The notes: generated by a model not told the origin, from the letters alone. A stretch of DNA of 32,000 nt from Sulfolobus acidocaldarius DSM 639 (GCF_000012285.1 NC_007181.1:210001-242000), one strand, 5' to 3'; numbered from the stretch's first letter, positions 19,242-31,187 are shown. Program-made: numbers and translations.

Positions 19242-20108
19242 TCACTCTTTCTCAATTAGTTCACTCACCTCGCTCAACCTGGGTCCTAAGGCACCTATCC
19301 TTGTAGTTGAATACGCTGAGATTATGTTAGAGATTCTCACCGCCCTCTCTAAACTATAGCCCTTTTCAAGGTAAACTGCCAGGGATGCATTAAACACATC
19401 ACCAGCTCCTGTAGTATCAATAGCGTCTACTGCGAGTGTAGGGATTAAAATTCTCCTCTCCCTTGTGCCTATATAAGCTCCCCTTTCACCTAACGTTACT
19501 ATTACTGCTCTCTTAACTTTCTTTAAGAGTAAGTCTATTCCGTAGTTCAAATCTTGAGTACCTGTTAATTCCTTAAACTCAATTTCATTTGGAGTTAATA
19601 TGTCAACGTACTCAAGCAGGGAGTTGTCATTAAGAACAGCGGGGGCTGGATTTAGTACTTTAACACCGGGGAACTCCTTCAATGCTTTCTTGACAACGTT
19701 CTCGTTCACTTCCAATTGTGTAAGTAAAATATCTCCATTTAAACATCCATCTAAGTCGTCCTCGCTGAGGAGAGCGTTTGCTCCTCTATTCACGACTATG
19801 AAGTTCCTCCCTCTCCTATCAAAGACTATATAAGCAGACCCTGTTAACGCGTTTTTAATTTTCACATACGCAACATCTAACCTCTCGTCCTCCCAAAATT
19901 TTATAGCCCTTTTTCCGAACTCGTCATTACCCACTGCAGAGATTAACCTAACGTTTCCACCTAGTCTTGATGCAGATACAGCTTGATTTGAGCCCTTCCC
20001 TCCGTGATCTATATAGACACCATCGCTGAAAACTGTTTCTCCCTCTGACGGGAAGTCTCTAACCTTAATTAGAAAATCCACATTATAACTTCCAACGACA
20101 ACAATCAT
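19242..20108 (-). CDS. PfkB-family (ribokinase-like) sugar/nucleoside kinase
   Basis: DHGGKGSNQAVSASRLGGNVRLISAVGND, TPNEIEFKELTG, DAIDTTGAGDVFNASLAVYLEKG. Confidence 0.9.
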   Translation of the reverse strand: MIVVVGSYNVDFLIKVRDFPSEGETVFSDGVYIDHGGKGSNQAVSASRLGGNVRLISAVGNDEFGKRAIKFWEDERLDVAYVKIKNALTGSAYIVFDRRGRNFIVVNRGANALLSEDDLDGCLNGDILLTQLEVNENVVKKALKEFPGVKVLNPAPAVLNDNSLLEYVDILTPNEIEFKELTGTQDLNYGIDLLLKKVKRAVIVTLGERGAYIGTRERRILIPTLAVDAIDTTGAGDVFNASLAVYLEKGYSLERAVRISNIISAYSTTRIGALGPRLSEVSELIEKE

Positions 20109-21313
20109 TTTGACACCCTTTTAAGTTTCTCTATCATCTCTTCTACAGTGTTAGCCGTGAGATAAGCCCTACCTTCATGTAGTATTAGGTCTCCATCAAG
20201 ACCGCTCTTTGTAATTTTTATCGTACCCTCCTGAACAGCGTTAAGTAGATTACTGTTCAAGGAAACTGATAGAACTATTCTCCTCTTATAATCCTTGGCA
20301 ATTTGCGTTACCTTATTATTGAGGTTTATTAGTACGGGTCCATCAACCTTAATCTTATCTAGATAAGGTATCGTACCCCCGGCTAATGTTGCAACGTCTT
20401 GATAACTGGTTAGAACAGCAACATTGCTCTTGTCTTCCTCTTCTAATACAGTCCTTATTAGTTTAGGGTTTCTTTCTAGTTGCCATAACAAATTCTCTGC
20501 ATCTTCCCTTGCAGTTTCTCTTTCGACTATGCTTTCCACATTAGAAAAAGGATCAACTGGACCATTCCCCTCCCCTAAATCCAAAGAGTACTCTATGGAT
20601 TTTGACACAAACTCCTTAGCCATCTTTACTGCTTCCTTGATTTTGTGACCCTTGGCTAAATACGCTGTGAGAGAGGCAGAGAACACATCTCCACTCCCAT
20701 GAGTGTTCTTAGTTTCCATCTTTTTACTCTGTAATTCGATTTCTTCTCCTTGGACAATGGCATAATCGATTCCTCCCAAGCTTCCCCCTCCCTTTACAAC
20801 AACATCGACACCATACTTAGTATAGATCTCACGAGCAGTATTTTTAAGGTCTAGTATGTTCTCGATTTTTCTTCCCACTATTTTCTCAGCTTCAAACTTA
20901 TTTGGAGTGAGTATTATGGATTCCCTTATCAACTCCTTCAAAGCTGACACGGTATCCTCTGTTACCAATAGGTCACCTGATTTAGCTACCATTACCGGAT
21001 CGAGTACTAGCCTTATGTTGTATTCCCTTACCTTTTTCCTCACTACTTCAACTATACGGGAGTTAGCTAGCATTCCCGTTTTTGCGTATTCGGGCTTCAG
21101 GTCGGTCATAATTACATCTATTTGAGACTCCACAAAATCTGGAGGAACTTCAAGGACTTTGAATACACCTTTAGTGTTTTGTGCAGTTAAGCCTGTGACT
21201 ACTACTGTCCCGAATACGCCTAATGTTGTGAAAGTTTTCAGATCAGCTTGTAATCCTGCACCCCCACCTGAATCACTGCCTGCTATTGTCATGACTACAG
21301 GTCTTTTCCTCAC
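20105..21313 (-). CDS. thiD: Hydroxymethylpyrimidine/phosphomethylpyrimidine kinase ThiD with C-terminal ThiN-like region
   Basis: TIAGSDSGGGAGLQADLKTFTTLGVFG, DPVMVAKSG, LTPNKFEAEKI, THGSGDVFSASLTAYLAKGH; C-terminal ~130 aa (LWQLERNPKLIRTVL...) resembles ThiN. Confidence 0.88.
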   Translation of the reverse strand: MRKRPVVMTIAGSDSGGGAGLQADLKTFTTLGVFGTVVVTGLTAQNTKGVFKVLEVPPDFVESQIDVIMTDLKPEYAKTGMLANSRIVEVVRKKVREYNIRLVLDPVMVAKSGDLLVTEDTVSALKELIRESIILTPNKFEAEKIVGRKIENILDLKNTAREIYTKYGVDVVVKGGGSLGGIDYAIVQGEEIELQSKKMETKNTHGSGDVFSASLTAYLAKGHKIKEAVKMAKEFVSKSIEYSLDLGEGNGPVDPFSNVESIVERETAREDAENLLWQLERNPKLIRTVLEEEDKSNVAVLTSYQDVATLAGGTIPYLDKIKVDGPVLINLNNKVTQIAKDYKRRIVLSVSLNSNLLNAVQEGTIKITKSGLDGDLILHEGRAYLTANTVEEMIEKLKRVSK

Positions 21314-21353
21314 AAATAATTAGAGTGAAGGGCATGAATAAAAATAATTCTAG

Positions 21354-21965
21354 TCACTTTATTTTCTTATAGGGACACAAAGTCTTAAAGGCACAATATT
21401 CACATTCCCAGGAATAACGTGGAGCTATCTTAGCCTTCAACGTCTCTTCTGCTAATCTTATTATAGTTACCTCCTCTGCGGGTTCGTTTACTGAGTATTC
21501 GGTGACCCTATCTGGTGTTATGTATACCAAAAGTCCTCTCTTTATCCCAAAAAGCCAGAGGTAAATTTGCAGTTGATATTTGTGATGTTCATGCGGTAGG
21601 CTTCTGTCTGCCCTAGCACTCTTTATTTCAACTATGACCTTTTCGTCGTTTATCTGTATTATGGCGTCTGCTCTACCCTTAATCTTTATCTCCTTTCCGT
21701 CTACCGGAATAGTCTTCTCTCCTTCAACTTCGATTTGAGAGTTGGGGTACACACTCTTTATGAATTCCTGTAGTCCTAAATGAACAAGGTCTCCTAGCAT
21801 AGTAGCTGGGGTGAACGCTTCAGATAGTGCGATCTCTTTATACATGGTCTCAAATCTAAGTTTCATGGGGCATCTCAGTAGGTCTGTAACGTATAATACT
21901 CCCTCTTCTCTTTGGTGGGACATATAGTCCTTTATTTTGGAATTTATAAGAGCCTCGATCAGCAT
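21354..21965 (-). CDS. Cas4-like RecB-family (PD-(D/E)XK) nuclease with Fe-S cluster cysteines, standalone
   Basis: LYVTDLLRCPMKLRFE, GDLVHLGLQEFI, IKGRADAIIQINDEKVIVEIKSAR, HHKYQLQIYLWLFG, WECEYCAFKTLCPYKK. Confidence 0.82.
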   Translation of the reverse strand: MLIEALINSKIKDYMSHQREEGVLYVTDLLRCPMKLRFETMYKEIALSEAFTPATMLGDLVHLGLQEFIKSVYPNSQIEVEGEKTIPVDGKEIKIKGRADAIIQINDEKVIVEIKSARADRSLPHEHHKYQLQIYLWLFGIKRGLLVYITPDRVTEYSVNEPAEEVTIIRLAEETLKAKIAPRYSWECEYCAFKTLCPYKKIK

Positions 21966-21968
21966 AAA

Positions 21969-23144
21969 CTACACCTCAGGTACTGATATCTTCCCACTTC
22001 TCTCCGTCTTTATCCAAACTCTTGGAACTCTCACTATTTCCAAGAATACTGCTGTGACATTTAATAACATTACGAAATTCATGTAAATGAGGGATAGTAT
22101 AGAGTATTGATATTCAATTAAGTGTTTCCTCGATATTCCAACTGCCGTTATGAAAGACAAAAGAGTCGCCGTGGAAACAATTACCATGGTCACAACGAAA
22201 AGCGGGGTCTGATATATTAGGACTAAGGAGTAATTTACAAGGTTCATCAACATAAATATAGGAGTTCCTATAAGGAGTATTCCGTCAAATATCCTGGGGT
22301 CAATCTTCTTGGGCATGGATAATGAAATTTCAAAGTGTCCCCTGTACCACCTCAACCTCTGCTTTATTAACCATCTCAAACTACTGGCTACTTCTCTCCA
22401 TGCAACCACATTAGGGTTATACATTATTTTGTAACCAGCACTAGTCAGTTTTACACTCAAATCCAAATCTTCGGTTAAGCTATATTCATTCCATCCCCCC
22501 ATCTCCTCTATAATGGATTTTTTAACGAATGTGCAAGTACCTTCTAAGGGGACAAACAATCCAAATCTGGCTCTTCCACCAATAGAGTACTCATTAAAAA
22601 GCTCTTCAAGGCTGGCAAATCTCGCTATTATACTTTCCCTAACATTTATTGGAATTAACTTTCCTTGAACAGCTACAACGTTATCTGAATCAAAGGATCC
22701 TGACACATAGCTTAAAACATCTAACCTAGGAAACGTGTCTGCGTCAAATACTCCTATTATATCAAATTTTGCAAGTTTCATGGCATAGTTCAACGCCCTG
22801 CTCTTTCCATTAGGAACATTAGATTTGTCCAGCTTGACACATCTCACATTATCGTAATTCTCCTCGTAGTTTTTACAAATTTGAAAAGTCCTGTCTGTTG
22901 ATCCGTCCTCCACAACTATAATCTCGTATTTAGATTTATCATATTCTTGGTTTATCAGCCGATCAAGGAGTCTGCCTAAAACCTTCTCCTCATTTTTTGC
23001 TGGCACTAGAATAGAGAAAGTTTTATCGCTGTACTCTATTTTTTGGTTTACCCTCCAAGTAAGCCCATAGAATGATAGAGCACTGTTATAAATGTTCCAT
23101 GATGAAACTAATATGCTAAAGAATACTACGATTTCATTAAGCAT
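21969..23144 (-). CDS. Membrane-associated family 2 glycosyltransferase
   Basis: FSILVPAKNEEKVLGRLLDRLINQ, IVVEDGSTDRTF, GVFDADTFPRLD, LTEDLDLSVKLTSAGY, KQRLRWYRGHFE; C-terminal TM helices. Confidence 0.92.
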   Translation of the reverse strand: MLNEIVVFFSILVSSWNIYNSALSFYGLTWRVNQKIEYSDKTFSILVPAKNEEKVLGRLLDRLINQEYDKSKYEIIVVEDGSTDRTFQICKNYEENYDNVRCVKLDKSNVPNGKSRALNYAMKLAKFDIIGVFDADTFPRLDVLSYVSGSFDSDNVVAVQGKLIPINVRESIIARFASLEELFNEYSIGGRARFGLFVPLEGTCTFVKKSIIEEMGGWNEYSLTEDLDLSVKLTSAGYKIMYNPNVVAWREVASSLRWLIKQRLRWYRGHFEISLSMPKKIDPRIFDGILLIGTPIFMLMNLVNYSLVLIYQTPLFVVTMVIVSTATLLSFITAVGISRKHLIEYQYSILSLIYMNFVMLLNVTAVFLEIVRVPRVWIKTERSGKISVPEV

Positions 23145-23182
23145 TGATAATCCTTTTCCAATCTATATATTAAAACTCTTTC

Positions 23183-23515
23183 GTGGTATTAGACTATAAT
23201 ACTGGGATTAGGAGTTACCTTAATACACTGCCCTTTAGCGTAAAAGAGAAAATGCCCAATATATGTATTGTGAGAGAGCTACTGGGTGACTACGAGAAGA
23301 GGGGGGAGAGCCTGAAAAGACTAGGCAAGTTCGTGGCACTAGTACTAGACGATCCATTCCATGCAACAACAGTAACCGGACTAGCACTTTACGGCATGGG
23401 TAAAATAGCAGAGAGAAGAACAAACTACGGTCTAAGACTTGCATATATGAGTGTCAGGGAAGGAGAGAAAGCCATAAGAGAAGGGTTATTAGACATAATG
23501 TCTTTAAGGTTCTAA
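23183..23515 (+). CDS. Conserved hypothetical protein, predicted helical, linked to UPF0282 gene
   Basis: 110-aa ORF, 17 nt from the downstream MBL gene, same strand; no recognised motif. Confidence 0.65.
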   Translation: MVLDYNTGIRSYLNTLPFSVKEKMPNICIVRELLGDYEKRGESLKRLGKFVALVLDDPFHATTVTGLALYGMGKIAERRTNYGLRLAYMSVREGEKAIREGLLDIMSLRF

Positions 23516-23531
23516 GGAGATAAAATAATAA

Positions 23532-24461
23532 ATGGAATTTACACCTTTAGCATTTGAGAGCCTTGGAGTAAGGTCGCAGGCAACACTGGTAGAGACAAAG
23601 GATGTGAGAATACTGATAGACCCTGCGGTATCCTTAGCTCCAAGGAGGTTTGGCTTACCCCCTCACCAGATCGAGGTCGACAGGCTCACGGAACTGGCAA
23701 AGAAAATATATGAGGAGGCAAAAATTGCGGACATCATAATAATAACCCACTATCATTACGATCACCATGATCCAGGATATGTCATCCCACTAGACATATA
23801 CCAAAACAAGACTGTGTACATTAAGGACCCACAAAACTTTATAAACCCAAGCCAAAAGTTCAGGAGAGCTCCACGCTTCATTAAGACGATAACGGGAAAG
23901 CCTAAAACAATGGAAAGTGCAGACGGTAAAGTTGTAAAGTATGGCTCAACAACTATTCAATTTTCAAAAGCCGTTCCTCATGGTGCCGATGAGAGACTAG
24001 GATATGTGATACAAGTAGCTATAAATGACAAGGACTCAACTATACTATTCACGTCTGACATAGAAGGAGCACCAAAGAATTCACATATAGACTTCATTAA
24101 GTCAGTGAGACCAAATTTCCTCATAATAGATGGACCATTAAGTTACCTACTAGGAAGAGCACTGTCACAGGATGAACTTGATACAGAGATAAAGAACATG
24201 GAAGAAGTGGTGAGAAATGGTTTACAGTATGCTATAATTGATCATCATGTACTCAGGGATCCGAACTACGAAAGTGTGTTGAAACCTGTGAAAGAGGTTG
24301 CAAACAGCGTAGGTTGTAAAGTAATTTCGGCTTCAGAGTATCTGAGGGAACCACCTCAGCTACTCGAGGCTAAAAGAAGAGAACTATTCCAAAGAGACAA
24401 TAGACCTGCTAAAATACCTAGGGGTTTAGCTAAATTACTAAGTGCTGGGGAAGGGGGATAA
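23532..24461 (+). CDS. UPF0282-family metallo-beta-lactamase fold protein
   Basis: [76 protein letters not shown]. Confidence 0.88.
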   Translation: MEFTPLAFESLGVRSQATLVETKDVRILIDPAVSLAPRRFGLPPHQIEVDRLTELAKKIYEEAKIADIIIITHYHYDHHDPGYVIPLDIYQNKTVYIKDPQNFINPSQKFRRAPRFIKTITGKPKTMESADGKVVKYGSTTIQFSKAVPHGADERLGYVIQVAINDKDSTILFTSDIEGAPKNSHIDFIKSVRPNFLIIDGPLSYLLGRALSQDELDTEIKNMEEVVRNGLQYAIIDHHVLRDPNYESVLKPVKEVANSVGCKVISASEYLREPPQLLEAKRRELFQRDNRPAKIPRGLAKLLSAGEGG

Positions 24462-25188
24462 AGTAAGATATTATCATACCGGCGAAATAACTACCTATCA
24501 GTGCAATTAACCCTGTGCCAATCTGCTCAAAGGCACCTCTACTCTTACTGAGACCGGTATACTTAGTAGATAAGACACCGAAAATAGCCAATGTAACAAG
24601 TATAACAGCCATTGAGGACACAACTAGATATAGAAATGGTATTGAAAAGAACATTCCCAATATAAATGGTATTAGTGGTATAATACCACCGACTATTAAG
24701 TAAAAAGACATTAGAAATCCTAACTTTACTGGACTCTCAAATTCCTCTGGTGTCATCTTTAACTCGTGGATTAACATCTCCTGTAGTACAACGTACTTAT
24801 TGGTCATTATCTTGTTAGCAATTTTTTCAGCTTCACTCTCTGTTAACCCCTTCTGCATATAAAATGATTTAAGTTCTTCTTTTTCTTTCTCAGGATAGTT
24901 TTCTATTTCGAACTTCTCCTTCTTTATTTCATTCTCTATTATTTGTGATCTGACTCTAGTGGATATGTATTCCCCTACGCCCATGGAGAAAGCCTGGGCT
25001 ATAGTCGCGAGTAAACCTGTTACTAATACTATTAAAGGATCGTGAGAGTAACCTGATGCGCCAGATATTAGGGCGCCTACTCCTATGAGTCCATCTTGTA
25101 TTCCGAAAACTTTAGTTCTGAAGATATCAGCTTCATGTGTATTATGAACAATTGGCTCCTCCATTATATTCATGGTTAGACTTTGCAT
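24430..25188 (-). CDS. VIT1/CCC1-family membrane protein (iron/manganese transporter-like)
   Basis: [62 protein letters not shown]. Confidence 0.83.
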   Translation of the reverse strand: MQSLTMNIMEEPIVHNTHEADIFRTKVFGIQDGLIGVGALISGASGYSHDPLIVLVTGLLATIAQAFSMGVGEYISTRVRSQIIENEIKKEKFEIENYPEKEKEELKSFYMQKGLTESEAEKIANKIMTNKYVVLQEMLIHELKMTPEEFESPVKLGFLMSFYLIVGGIIPLIPFILGMFFSIPFLYLVVSSMAVILVTLAIFGVLSTKYTGLSKSRGAFEQIGTGLIALIGSYFAGMIISYFIPLPQHLVI

Positions 25189-25257
25189 TTTTAAACTATT
25201 CTTGAATTACGCCCCATCATAATTAGTAATACAGTAATACGACAAATCATAATTAGC

Positions 25258-25728
25258 TTAGGGGACAGCGTATTCCTCTCCGTCCTTCTTAAGGAAATTG
25301 GAGTATATACCCCATTCAGTCAATATTATCTCCAGATCTCTTAGCCCTGATGGACTACTGTATAATGTAATTCCCTTCTCTTCAAGTGACTTCAGCAAAT
25401 CCTCAGTCTTAAATCTCTTTAAATCCTTGGCTGTTTTGAAAGGTTCTATTCTATCTAAGGATTCCCTTAATAACTCTTTTCTTCTTTTAATATTTCCTTT
25501 GATAAACTCTATTCCCTTATCTGTTATTATAGTATCCCCTTCAACTAGGTTAATAAAACCCATGGAGTTTGCCGCGTAAAGAATAGGCATTAGTTCATCA
25601 ATGTCGACCTCCAGTTCCTTCTCTAGAACGTAAACGTCAGCTTTTCCATCAAAAGTGTTGTATAGAACTGAAAGTAATCCTAATAGGTCTGCTACTCTTG
25701 CATCCGGATGTAAGGGTCCCTCTACCAT
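25258..25728 (-). CDS. Conserved hypothetical protein, probable winged-helix fold (156 aa)
   Basis: N-terminal DLLGLLSVLYNTFDGKADVYVLEKELEVDIDELMPILYAANSMGFINLVEGDTIITDKGIEFI is HTH/wH-like. Confidence 0.6.
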   Translation of the reverse strand: MVEGPLHPDARVADLLGLLSVLYNTFDGKADVYVLEKELEVDIDELMPILYAANSMGFINLVEGDTIITDKGIEFIKGNIKRRKELLRESLDRIEPFKTAKDLKRFKTEDLLKSLEEKGITLYSSPSGLRDLEIILTEWGIYSNFLKKDGEEYAVP

Positions 25729-25768
25729 TCAATTTCATTATTTAATCTAAAACTATTTTAAACTTTTC

Positions 25769-27157
25769 CTAAGCTTCATATTCAACTGGATCTTTCAATC
25801 CGTTTACCTCAAATGCAACTTTTCTCATATAGCATGGACCGCATTTGCCACAGTGCTTATTACCTCCCTCGTAACAACTCCAAGTTAAATGTAAGGGGGC
25901 ATCAATCTGGACACCTAGTTTAACTATTTCGTGTTTCACTAAATTCCCAACAGGCATTAACACTTCTACTTTCTTATTGGGACCAACAGCGTATGGTACC
26001 AGCCTAGAGAACATCCTTACGAATTCCATCTCGTTATCAGGATATGCCCCAGCTTCCTCTAAGTTTATACCTGATGCGATTGCGTCAAAACCGTAAGCTT
26101 CAGCCATTGCCAAAGCCACTGAGAAGAATATCAAGTTTCTAGCTGGAACCCACTCATGGGCAAACTCAGCACCCTCTTCTCCCTTCCTATCTTTCACTAT
26201 CTCTCCACTACTACCTTTTATTAGGGTTGAATGACCCACAATTTTGAATAAGTCTGTATCTATTTCTACAAAAGGAACGTTCAGGTACTCGGAGATTTTT
26301 CTCACGGCTTCCCTCTCTTTTTCCTCTGCCTTGTGATGATAATTGAAGTGAAGAAGTGTGACCTCGTGACCTTGCCTGACTAGGTAAGTTGCAGCTACAG
26401 TTGAATCTAGACCACCACTTGCAACTACTAAAATTCTCTTCTTATTCTTCTCTTTCAGTAGTGGAACTTTCCTGATCTCAAGTTTGTCATCAACCATGAC
26501 AACAGAATAGGGATCTAACTTTGTTACGTTGTCAAGCTCGGTTGCGTCAAAGTAATCATCTAAAGATGTAAAGAACACAGCCCCTAGATCTCTATCATAC
26601 ATCATGTAGACAGGCTTGAAGTTTTGGGCTATAAATATCCTGTCTGGATTCTTTTTATCTCCTATAACTAGCGCGAAACTTCCTCTAATACTATTTAGAA
26701 TTTCCGATAATGAGTCCAAGTTACCATTCCATGACCTGTCTAGTACAGGTGGGAGTACTGAACTGTCTATTCTTGATAACTTAGATACTTTATACTTCTT
26801 CTCTAATTCCATGTCATTGGCTATTATACCGTTATGTGTGACAACAAATCTTTCTCCCTCAAAGGGTTGTATGTCATTTTCAGTTTTACGTCTCACGTAT
26901 TCAGTTGTCGGTTCAGCCCTATTGTTGGCTATAACCACTTTACTGTTCTCATCAAGTATCCCGTATAATTTTTCCTCTTGAAGAGATGGCTTTCCCACAT
27001 GCTTTGAGGACTTAGTAGACCCGTCCTTTTGAATTACGACAATTCCAAAACTGTCTCTGCCTCTGTCCTCAGCCCTGATTAAGATTTTAGCTAATTTCTT
27101 CTCGATTTCCTTATAATTGTGAGGATTTAGAATTAATACTCCGGTTACACTACACAT
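25769..27157 (-). CDS. GAT-QueC fusion: class II glutamine amidotransferase domain fused to 7-cyano-7-deazaguanine synthase-like domain
   Basis: [10 protein letters not shown]-terminal nucleophile Cys, [18 protein letters not shown]; C-terminal [19 protein letters not shown] (PP-loop) and [22 protein letters not shown] (QueC zinc site). Confidence 0.92.
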   Translation of the reverse strand: MCSVTGVLILNPHNYKEIEKKLAKILIRAEDRGRDSFGIVVIQKDGSTKSSKHVGKPSLQEEKLYGILDENSKVVIANNRAEPTTEYVRRKTENDIQPFEGERFVVTHNGIIANDMELEKKYKVSKLSRIDSSVLPPVLDRSWNGNLDSLSEILNSIRGSFALVIGDKKNPDRIFIAQNFKPVYMMYDRDLGAVFFTSLDDYFDATELDNVTKLDPYSVVMVDDKLEIRKVPLLKEKNKKRILVVASGGLDSTVAATYLVRQGHEVTLLHFNYHHKAEEKEREAVRKISEYLNVPFVEIDTDLFKIVGHSTLIKGSSGEIVKDRKGEEGAEFAHEWVPARNLIFFSVALAMAEAYGFDAIASGINLEEAGAYPDNEMEFVRMFSRLVPYAVGPNKKVEVLMPVGNLVKHEIVKLGVQIDAPLHLTWSCYEGGNKHCGKCGPCYMRKVAFEVNGLKDPVEYEA

Positions 27158-27190
27158 GGTTAGGAAAATAGGAAAGGAGGAGTAATAAAA

Positions 27191-29431
27191 TTGTCCACTG
27201 AATTAATTGATAGAGTTTCAGAGAGGTTATCGTATTTTAACGTCAAGATTGCCCACATATTTACGGAGACTGCTCTTGAACCTGATCTGGGGGCTAAGGT
27301 AGAGGACTTACCATTAGGTGGAAATTTGAAACAAATGTTGAAGCAAGTGGGGATACACAGACTCTACAAATTTCAGGAGGAGGCTTATAATAAAATATCT
27401 CATGGAAATAACGTAATGATAGTTTCAGGAACGGGGACAGGGAAAACTGAAGCGTTCTTAATCCCTTTGTTGGATCTTGCATTGAAAGGAGAGAGGAGTG
27501 TTTTAGTTTATCCCACTAAGGCATTAGCTCGTGATCAGTTGGAGAGGGTGAGGAGGTTAGCCTCACCTTTAGGAGTAGAGATGGGAGTTTTTGATGGTGA
27601 TACACCTGAGAAGGAGAGGAAGCGATTATACGAGAATCCTCCACATATTCTTATCACGAATCCTGATATGATTCATATAGGTCTACCTCTCAGCTATAGG
27701 TTTAGAAGGCTGATTAGAACAGCAGATCATTTTGTATTTGATGAGGTTCACTCATATGATGGCGTTCTAGGCTCACATATAAGGATGATTAGTGATAGGT
27801 TAAGGGAGTTAACTGACTACCATGTCATAGGCTCAAGTGCGACAATAGATGCTTCTCCATATTTGTTCGAAGAGTTATTTGGAGTAAAAGGGGAGATTAT
27901 TTATGGCTCCCCTAGAAGAAAAGGCGTTGCAATTCACGCTCTACTAAACATTGGGTCAGCTAGTAGATGGACTCTCTCTGCATACCTTACCGCATTTCTT
28001 GTGAAGGAGGGTTATAAGGTTCTTACGTTTGTGGACTCACAACAAATGGCTGAATTAATTGCAAAGATAACTGCTAGATTTGGTGAAGAGAACATTCATG
28101 TTCACCGAGCTGGGATAAATAAAGAAGATAGGCTAAAAGTTGAAGAATCTATTAAATCAGGGAAAATTAAAGGAGTCATAGCTACTCCTACCCTTGAACT
28201 TGGAATAGACATAGGCGATTTAGATGTGGTAATAATGGCTGAAAATCCTCCAAACTACACAAAGTATCTGCAGAGGGCTGGCAGAGCAGGGAGGAGAAGT
28301 AAGATCGGTTATATCTTCACCTTATTGGGTGAAGATCCTATTGATACATATTACCTTAGGAAGCCTACCGAATTTTTCAATAGGAAAGTCTTACCCTTAA
28401 CATTTGATGTGAGTAATAAGGAGGTAGTAAAGATTCATGCTGCAGCCTATTTAGCTGAAAAGGGGAGTTTGAGGTTGGGAAGAGTAATTCCCAAAGCATG
28501 GGTAAAAGCTTATGAGGAGTTAGTAAAAGACGGAAAGGTGAAAATTGAAAACAACGTTGTTTCCGCTTTACCTCCTCTATATTCCTACGTGAGATCGACT
28601 TACTTAAGGTCCACAGGACCTATAGTAGGTCTATATGATAGGGATGGAAACAGATTGGGAGAGAGGGAATTACCTGTCGCGCTTTATGATATTTATCCTC
28701 AGGCAATTTACTTTATATCAAAAAGGAATTACATTGTTGAAGATGTAAAACTGGATTCCCTAAGGGCTACTCTAAGAAGAGCTAAAGATGACTTGAGCTA
28801 TTACACTAAACCCGTTTACTCTACACACCTTCTGTCCTTTGAGGAAATTGAGGAAAGAAAAGTATTTGGTTTACCTGTGAAGTATGGAATCTCTGAAATA
28901 ATGATTAGCGTAGACGGTTTTGCTACATATGAAATATCAGGGAATAAAAATAAACCTAAGCAGGAGTTTTTCTATAAAGAACCTATAATATTTACATATA
29001 CCACAAAAGGAGTCTTGATCAAGCACCCGATATTGGAAGAGTTCAATGAGTTCGATTCAATTGAAGCTTATCACGCTACAGAACACGTTTTGATTTCTTC
29101 AGCGAGGGTTGTTGCAGGGGCATCAATGACGGATCTGGCTGGGATAAGTTATCCCACTGGACACGTGGTGATATATGATTCTGTTGTCGGAGGAAGTGGA
29201 GTAAGTAAGTTGTTATATGATAGGTTAGAGGAGGCTTATGATATATCTATAGATATTACAGGAAAGTGTGATTGCGAAGATGGTTGCCCTAAATGTATTT
29301 ATAGCCCTTACTGTGGTAATAACAACAAAATGTTATCTAGAAGAAAATCGCATAGATTGATGACTAAAATCAAACTTGGTGAATTTGATAATTCGGTTGA
29401 ACAAAATATTAATGGTAAACCCATAGTTTAG
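27191..29431 (+). CDS. SF2 DEAD/DEAH-box helicase with C-terminal cysteine-rich (DUF1998/MrfA-like) domain
   Basis: [70 protein letters not shown]; C-terminal [20 protein letters not shown]. Initiates with TTG. Confidence 0.88.
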   Translation: MSTELIDRVSERLSYFNVKIAHIFTETALEPDLGAKVEDLPLGGNLKQMLKQVGIHRLYKFQEEAYNKISHGNNVMIVSGTGTGKTEAFLIPLLDLALKGERSVLVYPTKALARDQLERVRRLASPLGVEMGVFDGDTPEKERKRLYENPPHILITNPDMIHIGLPLSYRFRRLIRTADHFVFDEVHSYDGVLGSHIRMISDRLRELTDYHVIGSSATIDASPYLFEELFGVKGEIIYGSPRRKGVAIHALLNIGSASRWTLSAYLTAFLVKEGYKVLTFVDSQQMAELIAKITARFGEENIHVHRAGINKEDRLKVEESIKSGKIKGVIATPTLELGIDIGDLDVVIMAENPPNYTKYLQRAGRAGRRSKIGYIFTLLGEDPIDTYYLRKPTEFFNRKVLPLTFDVSNKEVVKIHAAAYLAEKGSLRLGRVIPKAWVKAYEELVKDGKVKIENNVVSALPPLYSYVRSTYLRSTGPIVGLYDRDGNRLGERELPVALYDIYPQAIYFISKRNYIVEDVKLDSLRATLRRAKDDLSYYTKPVYSTHLLSFEEIEERKVFGLPVKYGISEIMISVDGFATYEISGNKNKPKQEFFYKEPIIFTYTTKGVLIKHPILEEFNEFDSIEAYHATEHVLISSARVVAGASMTDLAGISYPTGHVVIYDSVVGGSGVSKLLYDRLEEAYDISIDITGKCDCEDGCPKCIYSPYCGNNNKMLSRRKSHRLMTKIKLGEFDNSVEQNINGKPIV

Positions 29432-29461
29432 TTTTTAAAGGATAAAGTTAATGTTGGTCTC

Positions 29462-30302
<841 letters not shown>

Positions 30303-30322
<20 letters not shown>

Positions 30323-30680
30323 TAACGTGATGAGCTACACACTTAGAGTTGGTGTAATAATAAGCATTGCGTTGATAATTCTTGGATTCATATTATTAGC
30401 CCAAGATCCCACAGCTCTTCAACGTCTAGCATCAAGGCATTCAACATTTAACACATCAAGAGTGAGTCCTATACAGGTTTTGCAAGGTTTAAATCGTTTC
30501 GATGGCGTAGACTATATTCTATTTGGTCTAATAATATTAATAGCAACTCCGGTCATTAGAGTTATTTTAGGGCTAGCTGGATTCATAGCAGAAAGGAATA
30601 AGCTCTACATAGTGATTACTTTTATAGTATTGTTAGATTTGCTTATTGCAATCTTCATAATCCCCTTAGTGTACAAATAA
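30303..30680 (+). CDS. DUF1634-like membrane protein
   Basis: Polytopic 125-aa protein overlapping the TauE-like gene by 20 nt, with RVGVIISIALIILGFILL and DYILFGLIILIATPVIRVILGLAGFIAERNKLYIVITFIVL. Confidence 0.75.
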
Positions 30681-30683
30681 ATA

Positions 30684-31187
30684 ATGGTATTAGAGATTTG
30701 TACTGATGGAAAAAGAATAGGAGTTAAATTAGAATCAGAAGTAATTAGTGTAGAGAGTAACAAGCCCATAAAACTGAAGGAAGTATATTGTTTAAAATTT
30801 GAGAACTTAAGATATGATGGGGACAAGCTTAGATACAAAGATATTGTTATTCCTTTACCAAATTTGCCTGGCGATTTGAAATTACTAAAAGTAATTTATT
30901 TGGTATCAGGTGAGGCTTCAAACGAGCTTTGGTACTGCTGTTCCTGTGAAATTCACGTGGATACAAAAATAAAAGATATAAAGTTAGATGAGGGTTTATC
31001 TCCTATTTATTCTAGGTTCTGTGGGAATTATGGTTTAATTACTCCAAAACACTGTATTGCCAATGAGACTTTTGCTATTTTCGGTAATGATCATAGAGGA
31101 GTTATCTTAGCTTATCAGGAGTTTATATCGTTTATTAAGGAAATCGGAAAAATTTTATTAAAACTAAAAGTATATTCGCATCTGTGA
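30684..31187 (+). CDS. Hypothetical protein with clustered cysteines
   Basis: 167-aa ORF with WYCCSCEIHVD and FCGNYGLITPKHCIANETFAIF; tightly spaced with neighbouring same-strand ORFs. Confidence 0.6.
   Translation: MVLEICTDGKRIGVKLESEVISVESNKPIKLKEVYCLKFENLRYDGDKLRYKDIVIPLPNLPGDLKLLKVIYLVSGEASNELWYCCSCEIHVDTKIKDIKLDEGLSPIYSRFCGNYGLITPKHCIANETFAIFGNDHRGVILAYQEFISFIKEIGKILLKLKVYSHL

Noticed and set aside
20856-21125. + strand ORF antisense to thiD (similarly 20424-20648, 19600-19833, 26616-26981, 29917-30120)
   Set aside because: All are shadow ORFs of strongly supported genes with no own domain signature.
25195-25262. Repeated TCATAATTAG near 25220 and 25247 in an intergenic gap
   Set aside because: Ten-base AT-rich repeat occurring twice only; expected by chance in this composition.
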